Assembly: GCA_964569925.1 (NCBI GenBank)
Contig: CAZMWG010000001.1
Location: 1-51,349, forward strand
Direction: 5' to 3'
Origin: an uncultured Halobacteriales archaeon
GTDB taxonomy: Archaea > Halobacteriota > Halobacteria > Halobacteriales > Haloarculaceae
DNA length: 51,349 bases
The notes beneath the pieces are model-generated. The model was not told where the DNA came from. It did not search any database and saw only the letters and a list, made by a program, of their open reading frames with translations. Below, one piece after another: positions 15,962 to 25,300 of this stretch (its first letter is position 1; the number at the start of each line of letters is the position of its first letter). Position numbers and translations under genes: made by a program.

Positions 15962-17707
15962 TCAGTTCGTCTCCCGGAAGAGATCGACCAGGTCGGTGTA
16001 GTCCAGGCGACCGTTGTCGTTGTAGTCGTAGGCGGCCGTGTGGTCGGTCATCGCCGGTTCCTCCATGTTCTGGAAGTAGGTGACCACGTCGTCGTAGTCC
16101 GTGTTCCCGTTGCCGTTGAGGTCCTCGTAGTAGCCGTCGCCGTCCGGGTCGGTCGGCGTCGCGCCGTCGATCGGACCCGGCGCGTCGGTCCCGCCCCCGC
16201 CGGTCCCCGTCGCGGTGACGGTGACCGTGGTGGTGCCGTCCGAGTCCTCCAGCGAGACCCGCTCCGTGACGATGCCGGCACCCGTCGAGACGGTGATCTC
16301 GTGTTCCCCGAGGAAGGCGCTGGTGGCGTAGGTGCCCGACGAGTCGGTCGTCCCGGACTCCTCGGTCCACCACTCGTCGTACACCAGCCCGGTCCAGACG
16401 TCGTAGCCGGGCTTCTTCTCGAAGTCACTGTCGAACAGCGGCGAGTGGGGCGGCGACCAGTGGAGGTCGTCCCAGAAGCCCCACATGAGGAACTGCTCGA
16501 CCGCGGGGTGGCTGAACGTCGTCTTCAGGAACTTCCGGAAGTACTCCGCCTTCGCCCGCTCGTCGAGCAACTGCTGGGAGCTCTGCGCGAAGTCGAACTC
16601 CGTGATCCGGATGCCGGTGTCGGGGACGGCCTCGGCGAAGTGGTTCAGATCGGCCATCAGCCGCTCCGGCGGGAGTCGCCGGTCCTCGCCGTTCGTGACC
16701 TTCATGTGGGACTGCATTCCCATCCCGGCGAGGTCGACGCCGCTGTCCTGGATGTGCTGTGCCCAGTTGGGGAACCAGGTCTTGGCGAAGTCGTACTCCG
16801 CGGTGAGCACGTTGAAGTCGTTGATCGCCAGCCCGACGTCGTCGGGCGCGACCTCGTCGGCCTTCTGGTACCAGTCGGCCATGATCGGCGACTTCCAGGG
16901 GACGACTTCTCCCTGCCAGAGCTTCTCCCGGTTGATCCGGTCGCCGTACACCCCGGTCTGGATCCAGTTGGCCCCGTCGTCTCCGGCCATCGCCTCGTTG
17001 ACGACCTCCCACTCCATGATGTCGTCGCCGTAGTGGGAGATGATGTCCTCGATGTGTTGCATCGACCGCTCCCGGATCGTCTCGGCGTCCCGGTCGTCGA
17101 TCGCCCGGTTGACGTCCTGCGGGATCGCGCCGACGTCACGGCGCCCCCAGATGCAGACGTGGCCCCGCACGTCGAAGCCGTTCTCCAGCAGCCGCTCCGT
17201 CGCCGCGTCCGCCCGCTCCTGGTCGCGCTCCCAGAACGCCCACTTGTGGGCGTTCTCCAGCACCGCGGTGTTGAACAGGTCGTTCGTGACCCGGCGGTAC
17301 TTGTCCCGGACCGCGTTCGACACCTGGTTGCCGTTCTTGTCCTCGCCCCGCACGTACATGTCGGCGTTGACGGCGGTCCCGAAGTGGAAGTCGTGTTCCT
17401 GCATCGAGACCGACACCTGCGCGTCCGGGATCGCCCGCCCGGACCCGTCCTCGACGACGACCTCCAGGTCGCCCATACGGTGGTCCTCGATGCGGCTGTC
17501 GGCGGCGGCCTCCCAGCCGCCGCCGTCGGACTGTGCCGCCGCCCGTCCGGTGGACATCCCCCGGACGAGGCCGGCGACCCCCAGCGCGCCCGTCGCGCGC
17601 AGCAGGTCCCGCCGGCCGACACGGCCGTCGACGACCCCAGCCGGCAGGTGGTCGGATCCGTCGTTCGATGTCTGTTCCTCGATCGTCGGGTCGGTGTCGC
17701 GTGTCAT
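15962..17707 (-). CDS. secreted GH10 xylanase-type hydrolase - small beta domain - dockerin-like module
   Basis: Tat motif GRRDLLRATG. GH10-like motifs LENAHKWAFWE, RGHVCIWG, WEVVNEAM (acid/base) and RITEFDF (nucleophile). C-terminus DPDGDGYYEDLNGNGNTDYDDVVTYF...YDYNDNGRLDYTDLVDLF. Confidence 0.85.
   Translation of the reverse strand: MTRDTDPTIEEQTSNDGSDHLPAGVVDGRVGRRDLLRATGALGVAGLVRGMSTGRAAAQSDGGGWEAAADSRIEDHRMGDLEVVVEDGSGRAIPDAQVSVSMQEHDFHFGTAVNADMYVRGEDKNGNQVSNAVRDKYRRVTNDLFNTAVLENAHKWAFWERDQERADAATERLLENGFDVRGHVCIWGRRDVGAIPQDVNRAIDDRDAETIRERSMQHIEDIISHYGDDIMEWEVVNEAMAGDDGANWIQTGVYGDRINREKLWQGEVVPWKSPIMADWYQKADEVAPDDVGLAINDFNVLTAEYDFAKTWFPNWAQHIQDSGVDLAGMGMQSHMKVTNGEDRRLPPERLMADLNHFAEAVPDTGIRITEFDFAQSSQQLLDERAKAEYFRKFLKTTFSHPAVEQFLMWGFWDDLHWSPPHSPLFDSDFEKKPGYDVWTGLVYDEWWTEESGTTDSSGTYATSAFLGEHEITVSTGAGIVTERVSLEDSDGTTTVTVTATGTGGGGTDAPGPIDGATPTDPDGDGYYEDLNGNGNTDYDDVVTYFQNMEEPAMTDHTAAYDYNDNGRLDYTDLVDLFRETN
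15965..16150 (-). repeat. dockerin-like module coding segment (copy 6 of 9)
   Basis: DPDGDGYYEDLNGNGNTDYDDVVTYFQNMEEPAMTDHTAAYDYNDNGRLDYTDLVDLFRETN. Confidence 0.85.
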
Positions 17708-17765
17708 CGTCGTGTTCCGTGTTGCGCTCCGCGCGTGCCGTCCGCTCTCTCGCCCCCGCGGGCGG

Positions 17766-19601
17766 TCAGTCCACGTCCTCGAACAGGTCGATCAGGTCGC
17801 CGTAGTCGACCCGACCGTTGTCGTTGTAGTCGTAGGCGGCCGCGTGGTCGGTCATCGTCGGCTCCTCCATGTGCCGGAAGTAGGTGACCACGTCGTCGTA
17901 GTCCACCTCGCCCGACCCGTTGAGGTCCTCGTAGTGGCCGTCGCCGTCGACGTCTCCCGGGACGGTCCCGTCGATCCGGGCGACCGTCGACGCCACCGAC
18001 AGGGTCGCGTCGGTCGTCGCCACCGCCATCTCGTCTCCCTCGTCGTCGTCGAGGCCCCGGACGGCGACGCTCACGTCGGTCTCGCCGGCCGACCGGCCCG
18101 CGAGGGTCACGGTCGCCAGCGGCACGTCCTGCGCGCCCGCCTGGACCGCCCGGGTGAGATCCGCCGTCTCGATGCTGGCCGACGCTCCCCCGACCTCGCC
18201 GTCCCCGTCGACGGCGTCGAGCCCCCCCGCGGGGTCGATCGACGCCACGGCCGCGACCGACGGGTCGGACACCCGGACGTCGAGCGCCGTCCCGGACACC
18301 CCCGCCGGCGCCTCGGACAGCACGACGGTCGCCGTCGTCTCGCCGCTCCGGTCGACCCCGTCGCTCGCCAGTTCGACCGCCACCGTCGACTCGTCGGCCT
18401 CGTCGCCGTCGGTGGCCGCGCCCGTCCGGGCGGCCGGGGACTCGTTGCCGGCACCGTCCACGGCCCGCACCGACACCCGGTAGCTCCGGCCGGCGGCCAG
18501 CCCGTCGACCGTCGCCCGGGTCCGGCCCGCCGGGACGGTCGTCTCCTCGCCGCCGGCCCGGACGACGTACCGCTCGACGCCGGTGCCGTCGTCCGTCGCG
18601 GCGTTCCACACCGCCTCGATCGACGACTCGGTGGCCGCGGGAACGCGCACGTTCGAGGGCGGCGTCGGTGCCGTCGCGTCCGGCGCCGCGCCGGCGCCCG
18701 ACTCCCCGCCGTCCGAGCCCCCGTCGACCTCGCTCTCGTAGGTCGTCCCGTTGACGGTGAGATCACACTGCCGGTAGGTGACCTCTCCCTGCGCGCCGGG
18801 CCAGTACTCGTTGCCCAACTCGATCCCGGTGAGCAGGAGGTCCTCGCGCACGCCGTGGCGTTCGGTCATGAACTCGATCACCTCCGCGAGGTCGACCGTT
18901 CCGGCGCTCATCCCGCCGCTCACGCGGAAGACGTGGAAGTCGGCGTCCGTCCCGCCGGTGATCGACTCCGCCCAGTAGTCGACCGTGTTGCCGAACCGGT
19001 CCGTCCAGACGTCCCGTTCGGCCGAACCGTGGCTGTGTCCGCCGCCCCAGTCCAGCAACAGCATGATCTCGTGGGTGATCGGCGGGCTCGACCCCGGTTC
19101 GCCGTCCAGCAGCCACCACTCCTCGGCCCAGTCCCACTCGCCGCCCGACACCGACAGGTCGGCGTCGACTTCCAGGACGAGTTCGTCGACGTCGCCCCGC
19201 CGGATCGGGAACTCGTCGGCCCCGCTGTGTCTCCCCCACGGCCGCGCACCGCAGAACACTTCGGGGTAGTTGATCTTGGGAGGCTCGTCGGGCCCCGACC
19301 GCGCGATCCCGGTGGCGTCGAACTCGTAGCCGAAACCGCCGTCGGCTCGCTCCCAGATACACTGCCGGGCCGGCTCCAGACTCCACTGGTTGTCCATCAG
19401 CGTCCACGTCTCGCCGACGTCGATGGTGCCACCCCCTGTGTCGCACTTCTCCGTGACCCGCTCGGCGGCCCCGAGACCGCTCGCGCCGAGTCCGAGCCCC
19501 GCGGCCCCTACGGCCGCGCCGGCGCGCAGGAACCGCCGTCGGGACGTTCCCCCCGACGCCGTGTCACCTGTCCGTTCCGTCCGTTCGTCGTCCTCTCTCA
19601 T
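17766..19601 (-). CDS. secreted GH12 endoglucanase-type hydrolase - FN3 - cohesin-like module - dockerin-like module
   Basis: Tat motif SRRRFLRAGAAVG. GH12-like pattern MDNQWS...HEIMLLLDW...GIELGNEYW. One FN3-like segment. Cohesin-like segment at about 17990-18390 (VAVELASDGVDRSGETTATVVLSEAPAGVSGTALDVRVSDPSVAAV...LATVTLAGRSAGETDVSVAVRGLDDDEGD). C-terminus DVDGDGHYEDLNGSGEVDYDDVVTYF...YDYNDNGRVDYGDLIDLF. Starts at ATG 19601. Confidence 0.8.
   Translation of the reverse strand: MREDDERTERTGDTASGGTSRRRFLRAGAAVGAAGLGLGASGLGAAERVTEKCDTGGGTIDVGETWTLMDNQWSLEPARQCIWERADGGFGYEFDATGIARSGPDEPPKINYPEVFCGARPWGRHSGADEFPIRRGDVDELVLEVDADLSVSGGEWDWAEEWWLLDGEPGSSPPITHEIMLLLDWGGGHSHGSAERDVWTDRFGNTVDYWAESITGGTDADFHVFRVSGGMSAGTVDLAEVIEFMTERHGVREDLLLTGIELGNEYWPGAQGEVTYRQCDLTVNGTTYESEVDGGSDGGESGAGAAPDATAPTPPSNVRVPAATESSIEAVWNAATDDGTGVERYVVRAGGEETTVPAGRTRATVDGLAAGRSYRVSVRAVDGAGNESPAARTGAATDGDEADESTVAVELASDGVDRSGETTATVVLSEAPAGVSGTALDVRVSDPSVAAVASIDPAGGLDAVDGDGEVGGASASIETADLTRAVQAGAQDVPLATVTLAGRSAGETDVSVAVRGLDDDEGDEMAVATTDATLSVASTVARIDGTVPGDVDGDGHYEDLNGSGEVDYDDVVTYFRHMEEPTMTDHAAAYDYNDNGRVDYGDLIDLFEDVD
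17769..17954 (-). repeat. dockerin-like module coding segment (copy 7 of 9)
   Basis: DVDGDGHYEDLNGSGEVDYDDVVTYFRHMEEPTMTDHAAAYDYNDNGRVDYGDLIDLFEDVD. Confidence 0.85.
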
Positions 19602-19651
19602 ACCTGAATCCCCCGTGTGCCGGTACGCGGTACTTGATTTCGCTTCCTCGC

Positions 19652-19688
19652 ACAAATATTATTCGATAAAAAACACGAAAGAATATGC
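19652..19688 (-). promoter_or_regulatory. AT-rich island: T-run terminator of the GH5 gene 19714..22203 plus candidate promoter of the GH12 gene
   Basis: The minus strand reads catattctttcgtgttttttatcgaataatatttgtg. It lies between the stop at 19714 and ATG 19601. Confidence 0.45.
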
Positions 19689-19713
19689 GCCGGACCGCGG
19701 CCGTCGTCGGCGG

Positions 19714-22203
19714 TTACTCGCTCGCTTCCTGGACTTCCTCGTACAGCGAGACGAGGTCGCTGAAGTCGATCCGGTCGTTGTCGTTGTAGTCGTAGGCGTC
19801 GACGTGGTCGGTCATCGCCGGCTCCTCCATGTAGTCGAAGTAGGTGACCACGTCGTCGTAGTCCAGGCTGCCGTTGCCGTTGAGGTCCTCGTAGTCGCCG
19901 TCGCCGTCCGGGTCCTCGGGGACCGCGCCGTCGATCTCGGTGAGGTCCGTCCCCTCCGGCGTGCCGACCGTCAGCATCGCCTCGGTCACCTGGACGTCGA
20001 TCGCCCCGGCGTTCCGGTCGTTCTCCATCCGCTGGACCGCCACGGCGACGCCGGTCTCGCCGGCTGACTGCCCGCGCAGCGTGACGCTACCGAGTTCGAC
20101 GTCGGTCGCGCCGGCCTGGACAGCCCCCCCCGAGTCGGCCGCCTCCAGCACGGCCGAGGAGCCGTCCGACGCAAGTTCGACCGGCCGAGTGAGCGAGTCG
20201 AGGTCGCCGTACATCCCGTTCTCGATGGTGGCGACGTCGGTGTCCTCGACGCTGACCTTGATCTTGTAGCCGCTCAGCCCGTTCGGCAGTTCGGACACCA
20301 TGATCGCCGCCCGGACCATCCCGCCGGGGGTCACCGTCTCGGTCTGTTGCTCGATCGACAGCGTCGGACCGCCGTCGCCGCCGGTCTCGCCGCCGTCGCC
20401 GCCCCCGCCGTCGTCGCCGCCCCCGCCGTCGTACGCGTCGGTGCTGGCCGACGCCATGACGGGGTCGGAGACGTTGCCGGCCTCGTCGACGGCCTGCAGC
20501 GTCATCTCGTAGTCGGTGTCCGGGTCGAGCCCCGACACCGTCGCCTCCGTTCCGGAGACGGTCTTCATCATCCCCTGGAACCCGATCTGGTAGCTGTCGA
20601 CGCCGCCGCCGACGTCGTCGGGGTCGGTGCTCGGCGACCACGACAGCGAGACGCTCGTCGCCGTCGTCCCGGTGACCGAGACGTTCGACGGCGCCGTCGG
20701 CGGCGTCCGGTCCTGCCGCGGGGTCGGGTTCCCGCCACCGCCGCCGGTGTCCTCACACTCGGACTCGGCGACCGGAAGGTCCTGGTCGGCCCGGGCCGCC
20801 AGGAACTCCTTGTACCAGCGGGCGTGGAACTCCTCGTAGGGCTGGAGGGTCTCGAAGTTCTGCCCCTGGAAGAACGCCGGCGACCAGGTGTGATCGAAAC
20901 ACCAGGCCCCCGGGTGGACATCGTAGTTGTTGAAGAACTGCTCGTACTCCGGGGCCTCCGTCTCGGTCGTGCCGTCGATGAACCCGAAGTCGTTGGCGCC
21001 CCCGCCCTCGGCCCAGCCGAACTCGTTGAAGAAGACGGGCGCCTGCTCGGCCGCCGGCCCGTAGTAGTCGCCCATCGGCGAGAGCGTGTCGTGGGTGTAC
21101 CGGTGGCCGTTGTAACACATGTTCGTGATGTCGCTGTAGGTCGACCCCACGTCCATGAGTTCCATCTCGCTGGCCCAGTAGGTGTACTGGCTCCAGCGGG
21201 GCGACCCCAGCGTCTTCACGCTGCCCGGCGCGTTCTCCTCGACGATCTTCACCCACGGCGCGGCCCGTTCGAGCCACAGCCGCCAGTAGGGCTTGGCCCG
21301 CTCGGAGAGGACGTCCGTGTCGTTGCCGGCCTCGTCGCCGCCGCCCGCCGGCGGCTCGTCCGGATGCCCCCAGTCGCCCGCGTACGGGCCCGTCGGCTCG
21401 TTGAAGACGTCGAAGATGATGTGGGGCTCGTCGGCGTACCGGTCCGCGACCGTCTCCCAGAACATCGTCAGCTCCGAGTCCAGTTCCTCGGCGTGGGTCT
21501 CGTACCAGGCGTCGTCGGGCGACCCCTCGAGGCCCTGGATCTCCGAGACCTGGTCCGCGCCGTGCCACAGCACGCCGCGCTCGCCACACATCCCCTGGTC
21601 GTACTGGAAGGTCTCGTTCTGACAGCGAGGCCACTGGCTCACCTCGTCGGCGTACTGGGGCTGGTGGAAGATGGGGAAGTGTCGGTGGTAGTCCAGCATC
21701 AGGTAGACGCCCCGCTCCTTGGACATCTCCACCAGCGGGTCGACGAACCGCTCCAGATACCGGGTCAGCTCCGACTCGTCGAACGACCCCGGCAGGATCG
21801 GTCCCCAGTTGTCCTGGTGTTTCATGTTCGTCGTCCGACCCGCCACCTCGGCGCTGATGTCCTGGGGCTGCATCGGCAGCCGCAGGTACGTGTTCGCCCA
21901 CTCCTCGCTCGTGGCCATCTCCAGCATCTCCTCGGCGGTCGCCCCGCGCCAGTTGCGCTGGGCCCGCGACGGGTCGATCAGGTTTACCCCCCGGAGGATA
22001 ACCTGGTTCCCGCAGGGGTCGACGAGCTCGTTCCCCTCGCGCTCGAGCTGGGGCGTCGGGATCCCGTCGGCGGCCGACGAGGCCGCGTTCCCGACGACCG
22101 ACGAGCCCAGCGCCAGCCCGGCGGTCGCCGCGCTGACCCCCTTCAGCACCGTCCGCCGTGTGGTCGTGTTCTGTGCCGTCCCGTGACTGTGTTCGTCCGT
22201 CAT
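19714..22203 (-). CDS. secreted GH5 endoglucanase-type hydrolase - FN3 - cohesin-like module - dockerin-like module
   Basis: Tat motif TRRTVLKGVSAATAG. GH5 motifs IIFDVFNEP and VFFNEFGW. One FN3-like segment. Cohesin-like segment at about 19965-20370 (LSIEQQTETVTPGGMVRAAIMVSELPNGLSGYKIKVSVEDTDVATI...LGSVTLRGQSAGETGVAVAVQRMENDRN). C-terminus DPDGDGDYEDLNGNGSLDYDDVVTYF...YDYNDNDRIDFSDLVSLY. Starts at ATG 22203. Confidence 0.9.
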   Translation of the reverse strand: MTDEHSHGTAQNTTTRRTVLKGVSAATAGLALGSSVVGNAASSAADGIPTPQLEREGNELVDPCGNQVILRGVNLIDPSRAQRNWRGATAEEMLEMATSEEWANTYLRLPMQPQDISAEVAGRTTNMKHQDNWGPILPGSFDESELTRYLERFVDPLVEMSKERGVYLMLDYHRHFPIFHQPQYADEVSQWPRCQNETFQYDQGMCGERGVLWHGADQVSEIQGLEGSPDDAWYETHAEELDSELTMFWETVADRYADEPHIIFDVFNEPTGPYAGDWGHPDEPPAGGGDEAGNDTDVLSERAKPYWRLWLERAAPWVKIVEENAPGSVKTLGSPRWSQYTYWASEMELMDVGSTYSDITNMCYNGHRYTHDTLSPMGDYYGPAAEQAPVFFNEFGWAEGGGANDFGFIDGTTETEAPEYEQFFNNYDVHPGAWCFDHTWSPAFFQGQNFETLQPYEEFHARWYKEFLAARADQDLPVAESECEDTGGGGGNPTPRQDRTPPTAPSNVSVTGTTATSVSLSWSPSTDPDDVGGGVDSYQIGFQGMMKTVSGTEATVSGLDPDTDYEMTLQAVDEAGNVSDPVMASASTDAYDGGGGDDGGGGDGGETGGDGGPTLSIEQQTETVTPGGMVRAAIMVSELPNGLSGYKIKVSVEDTDVATIENGMYGDLDSLTRPVELASDGSSAVLEAADSGGAVQAGATDVELGSVTLRGQSAGETGVAVAVQRMENDRNAGAIDVQVTEAMLTVGTPEGTDLTEIDGAVPEDPDGDGDYEDLNGNGSLDYDDVVTYFDYMEEPAMTDHVDAYDYNDNDRIDFSDLVSLYEEVQEASE
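19717..19914 (-). repeat. dockerin-like module coding segment (copy 8 of 9)
   Basis: DPDGDGDYEDLNGNGSLDYDDVVTYFDYMEEPAMTDHVDAYDYNDNDRIDFSDLVSLYEEVQEASE. Confidence 0.85.
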
Positions 22204-22331
22204 CGTGTGTTCGTGTGGACTGTCCGACCGGTCGGACCCCCCTCCCGGTCCGCGCGTCCTCGCGCTCGTTCGTCGCACTGTACCCCCCACCGGACCCGAG
22301 CCACGACGGCCCGGGTCCGACGCCTCCGGAC

Positions 22332-25300
22332 CTACCCCGACATCTCCTCGAACAGCGAGACCACGTCGGCCAGATCCAGGCCGCCGTTGCCGTTGAAGTC
22401 GTAGGCCTCCGGGTGGGACGTGATCGCCTCGTCGTCGCGCTCGTAGTAGTACTGGATCACGTCCGTGAACTCCACCTCCCCGTTGGCGTTGAGGTCCTCG
22501 TACAGCCCGTCGTCGTCGATGTCCTGGGGCGTGATCCCGTTGATCGGCGAGACGCCGCCGGTGTCCGTCTCCTCGGTCACCGACAGGACCGCGGTCACGT
22601 CGCCGACCGACATCGGGTTGCCGTCGTCGTCGTCGAACTTGCCCGTCGACAACACGAGCTCCGTGCTGCCGGTCGACTCGGCGTCGAGCGTGACCGTCGC
22701 CAGCGTCACGTCGGCGGCGCCGGGCTGGACCTCCTGGCCGAGGTCGGTCCCGTTCATCGACACCGAGCCGCCGTCGTCGGCCACGCTCGCGCCGCCGATC
22801 ATCCCCCCGCTGCCGAAGGCGCTGGTGACGCCCGCGTCCGTGATCGTCGCCACCGCCGGGTCGGCGACCTCGAGGGTGGCGTTGAACCCGGAGATGCCCG
22901 TCGGCGCCGACGGCAACAGGATCGTCGCCTCGACGGTCCCGCCGGGCGCGGCCTCGGCGGGCGACAGCGCTAGGTCGACGCCCTCGCCGTCGACGCCGCC
23001 GCCGACCGTCCCGTCGTCGTCGCCGGGCTCGCCGTCGTCGGAGCCGTCGTCGGCGTCGTCCTCGTCACCGCCGGAGTCGCCCCCGACGACGAGGGTCGTC
23101 GTCGTCTCCCCCGGCGACGTCAGCCCGCCGTCGTCGTCGGTGAGCCGGTCGACCGACAGCGAGAGGTCGACGTCGCCCTCGCTCTCGCCGGCCAGCGTGA
23201 CCGTCGCCAGCGTGACGTCCGTGGCGCCGGGCTGGACCGCTCCGCCGAAGTCGATGCCCGTCGCCGTCATCGAACCCTCGCCCACGTCGGCGCCGCCGGC
23301 CGGCCCCTGGAACCTCTCGAGCAGCCCGCCGTCCGCGATCGTCGCGATCGACGTGTCCGAGACCTCGAACGCGAGGTCGAAGCCGGCCACCCCCTCCGGG
23401 GCGGCGCCCAGCACCAGTTCCGCGTCGACGGTCCCGCCGGCGGGGACGTCGTCGGCCTCGAGGTCGACCGAGAGGTCGCCGTCGCCGGCGTCGTCCTCGT
23501 CGTCGGAGCCGTCGCCCGTGCCGTCGCCGGCGTCGCCCTCGCCGCCCTCCGTCTCGACGGAGAGCGGGGCGCTCGCGCTCGTCGACATCCGGCTCCCGTC
23601 GCCCATGTCGACGTTCGCCTCGACGGAGACGTCCGCCTCGCCGGCGGCCTCGCCGACGAGGGTCACCGTCCCCAGGTCGACGTCCACGGCGTCCGGCTGG
23701 ACGGCGTTGTTGACGTCGCCGCCACGCAGCGTCGCCGTGGCGCCGTCGCCGCTCACGGTCGCCGAAGTCGGCTGGAACGACCCCGGGATCGTCGCCGAGT
23801 CGACGGTGACGACGTCCGTGTCGCTCACGGTCAGGTCGAGGTAGAAGCCGGTCATGTTCCCGGCCATCGACGGGAGTGTGATCGTCGCCGCGACCTCCTC
23901 GCCCGGCGCGACCGTGTCCGAGGCCAAGTCCAGCGAGACGCCCGAACCGTCCCCGGTCCCGTCGTCGCCGCCGCCGGCGTCGTCCTCACCCTCGTCGCCG
24001 GCGCCGCCGTCACCGACGACGAGCGTCGACGAGCCGCTCGCCGACGCCTGGCTCCCGTCGGCCAGGTCCATACTGCCCGCCGCGGACACCGACGCTTCGC
24101 CCTCGCCCTCGACGGTCATGGTGACCGTCGCCAGCGTGACGTCCGTGGCGCCGGCGGGGACGTCGTCGTTGACGTCGCCGCCGCGGAAGGAGGCGAAGGC
24201 ACCGCCGTCGGCGACGGAACTCTCGGCGAACCGGAACCAGTCGGCGGTCTCGATCCCGGTGATCGTCGCCACCGACGTGTCGTCGATCGAGACCTCGACG
24301 TCGAAGCCGGTCGGGTTCCCGGCGATCGACGGGAGGACGACCGTCGCCTCCACCTCGTCGCCGGGTTCGGCACCCGACGGGAGGTCGACGACGAGTCCGT
24401 CGCTCGCGGTGCCGTCCTCCCCGTCGTCGGAGCCGTCGTCGCCGGAACCGTCGTCGACGCCGCCGTCACCGACGACGATCGTCGACGAGCCGCTCGCCGA
24501 GACCCGACCGCCGTCGGCCAGGTCCATGCCACCGGTCGCCGTCAGGGAAGCTTCCCCCTCGCCCTCGACGGCCAGCGTGACCGTCGCGAGCGGCACGTCG
24601 GTGGCGCCGGCGGGGACGTCGTCGTTGACGTCGCCGCCGCGGAAGGAGGCGGAACCCCCGTTGTCGGCGACGGAACTCTCGGCGAACCGGAACCAGTCGG
24701 CGGTCTCGATCCCGGTGATCGTCGCCACCGACGTGTCGTCGATCGAGACCTCGACGTCGAAGCCGGTCGGGTCCCCGGCGATCGACGGGAGGGTGATCGT
24801 CGCCTCCACCTCGTCGCCGGGCTCGGCTCCGGACGGCAGCCCGACCGCCAGCCCGTCGCTCGCGGTGCCGTCCTCCCCGTCGCCGGCGCCGCCGTCACCG
24901 ACGACGATCGTCGACGAGCCGCTCGCCGACGCCTGGCTCCCGTCGGCCAGGTCCATACTGCCCGCCGCGGACACCGACGCTTCGCCCTCGCCCTCGACGG
25001 TCATGGTGACCGTCGCCAGCGTGACGTCCGTGGCGCCGGCGGGGACGTCGTCGTTGACGTCGCCGCCGCGGAAGGAGGCGAAGGCACCGCCGTCGGCGAC
25101 GGAACTCTCGGCGAACCGGAACCAGTCGGCGGTCTCGATCCCGGTGATCGTCGCCACCGACGTGTCGTCGATCGAGACCTCGACGTCGAAGCCGGTCGGG
25201 TTCCCGGCGATCGACGGGAGGACGACCGTCGCCTCCACCTCGTCGCCGGGTTCTGCACTCGACGGGAGGTCGACGACGAGCCCGTCGCTCGCGGTGCCGT

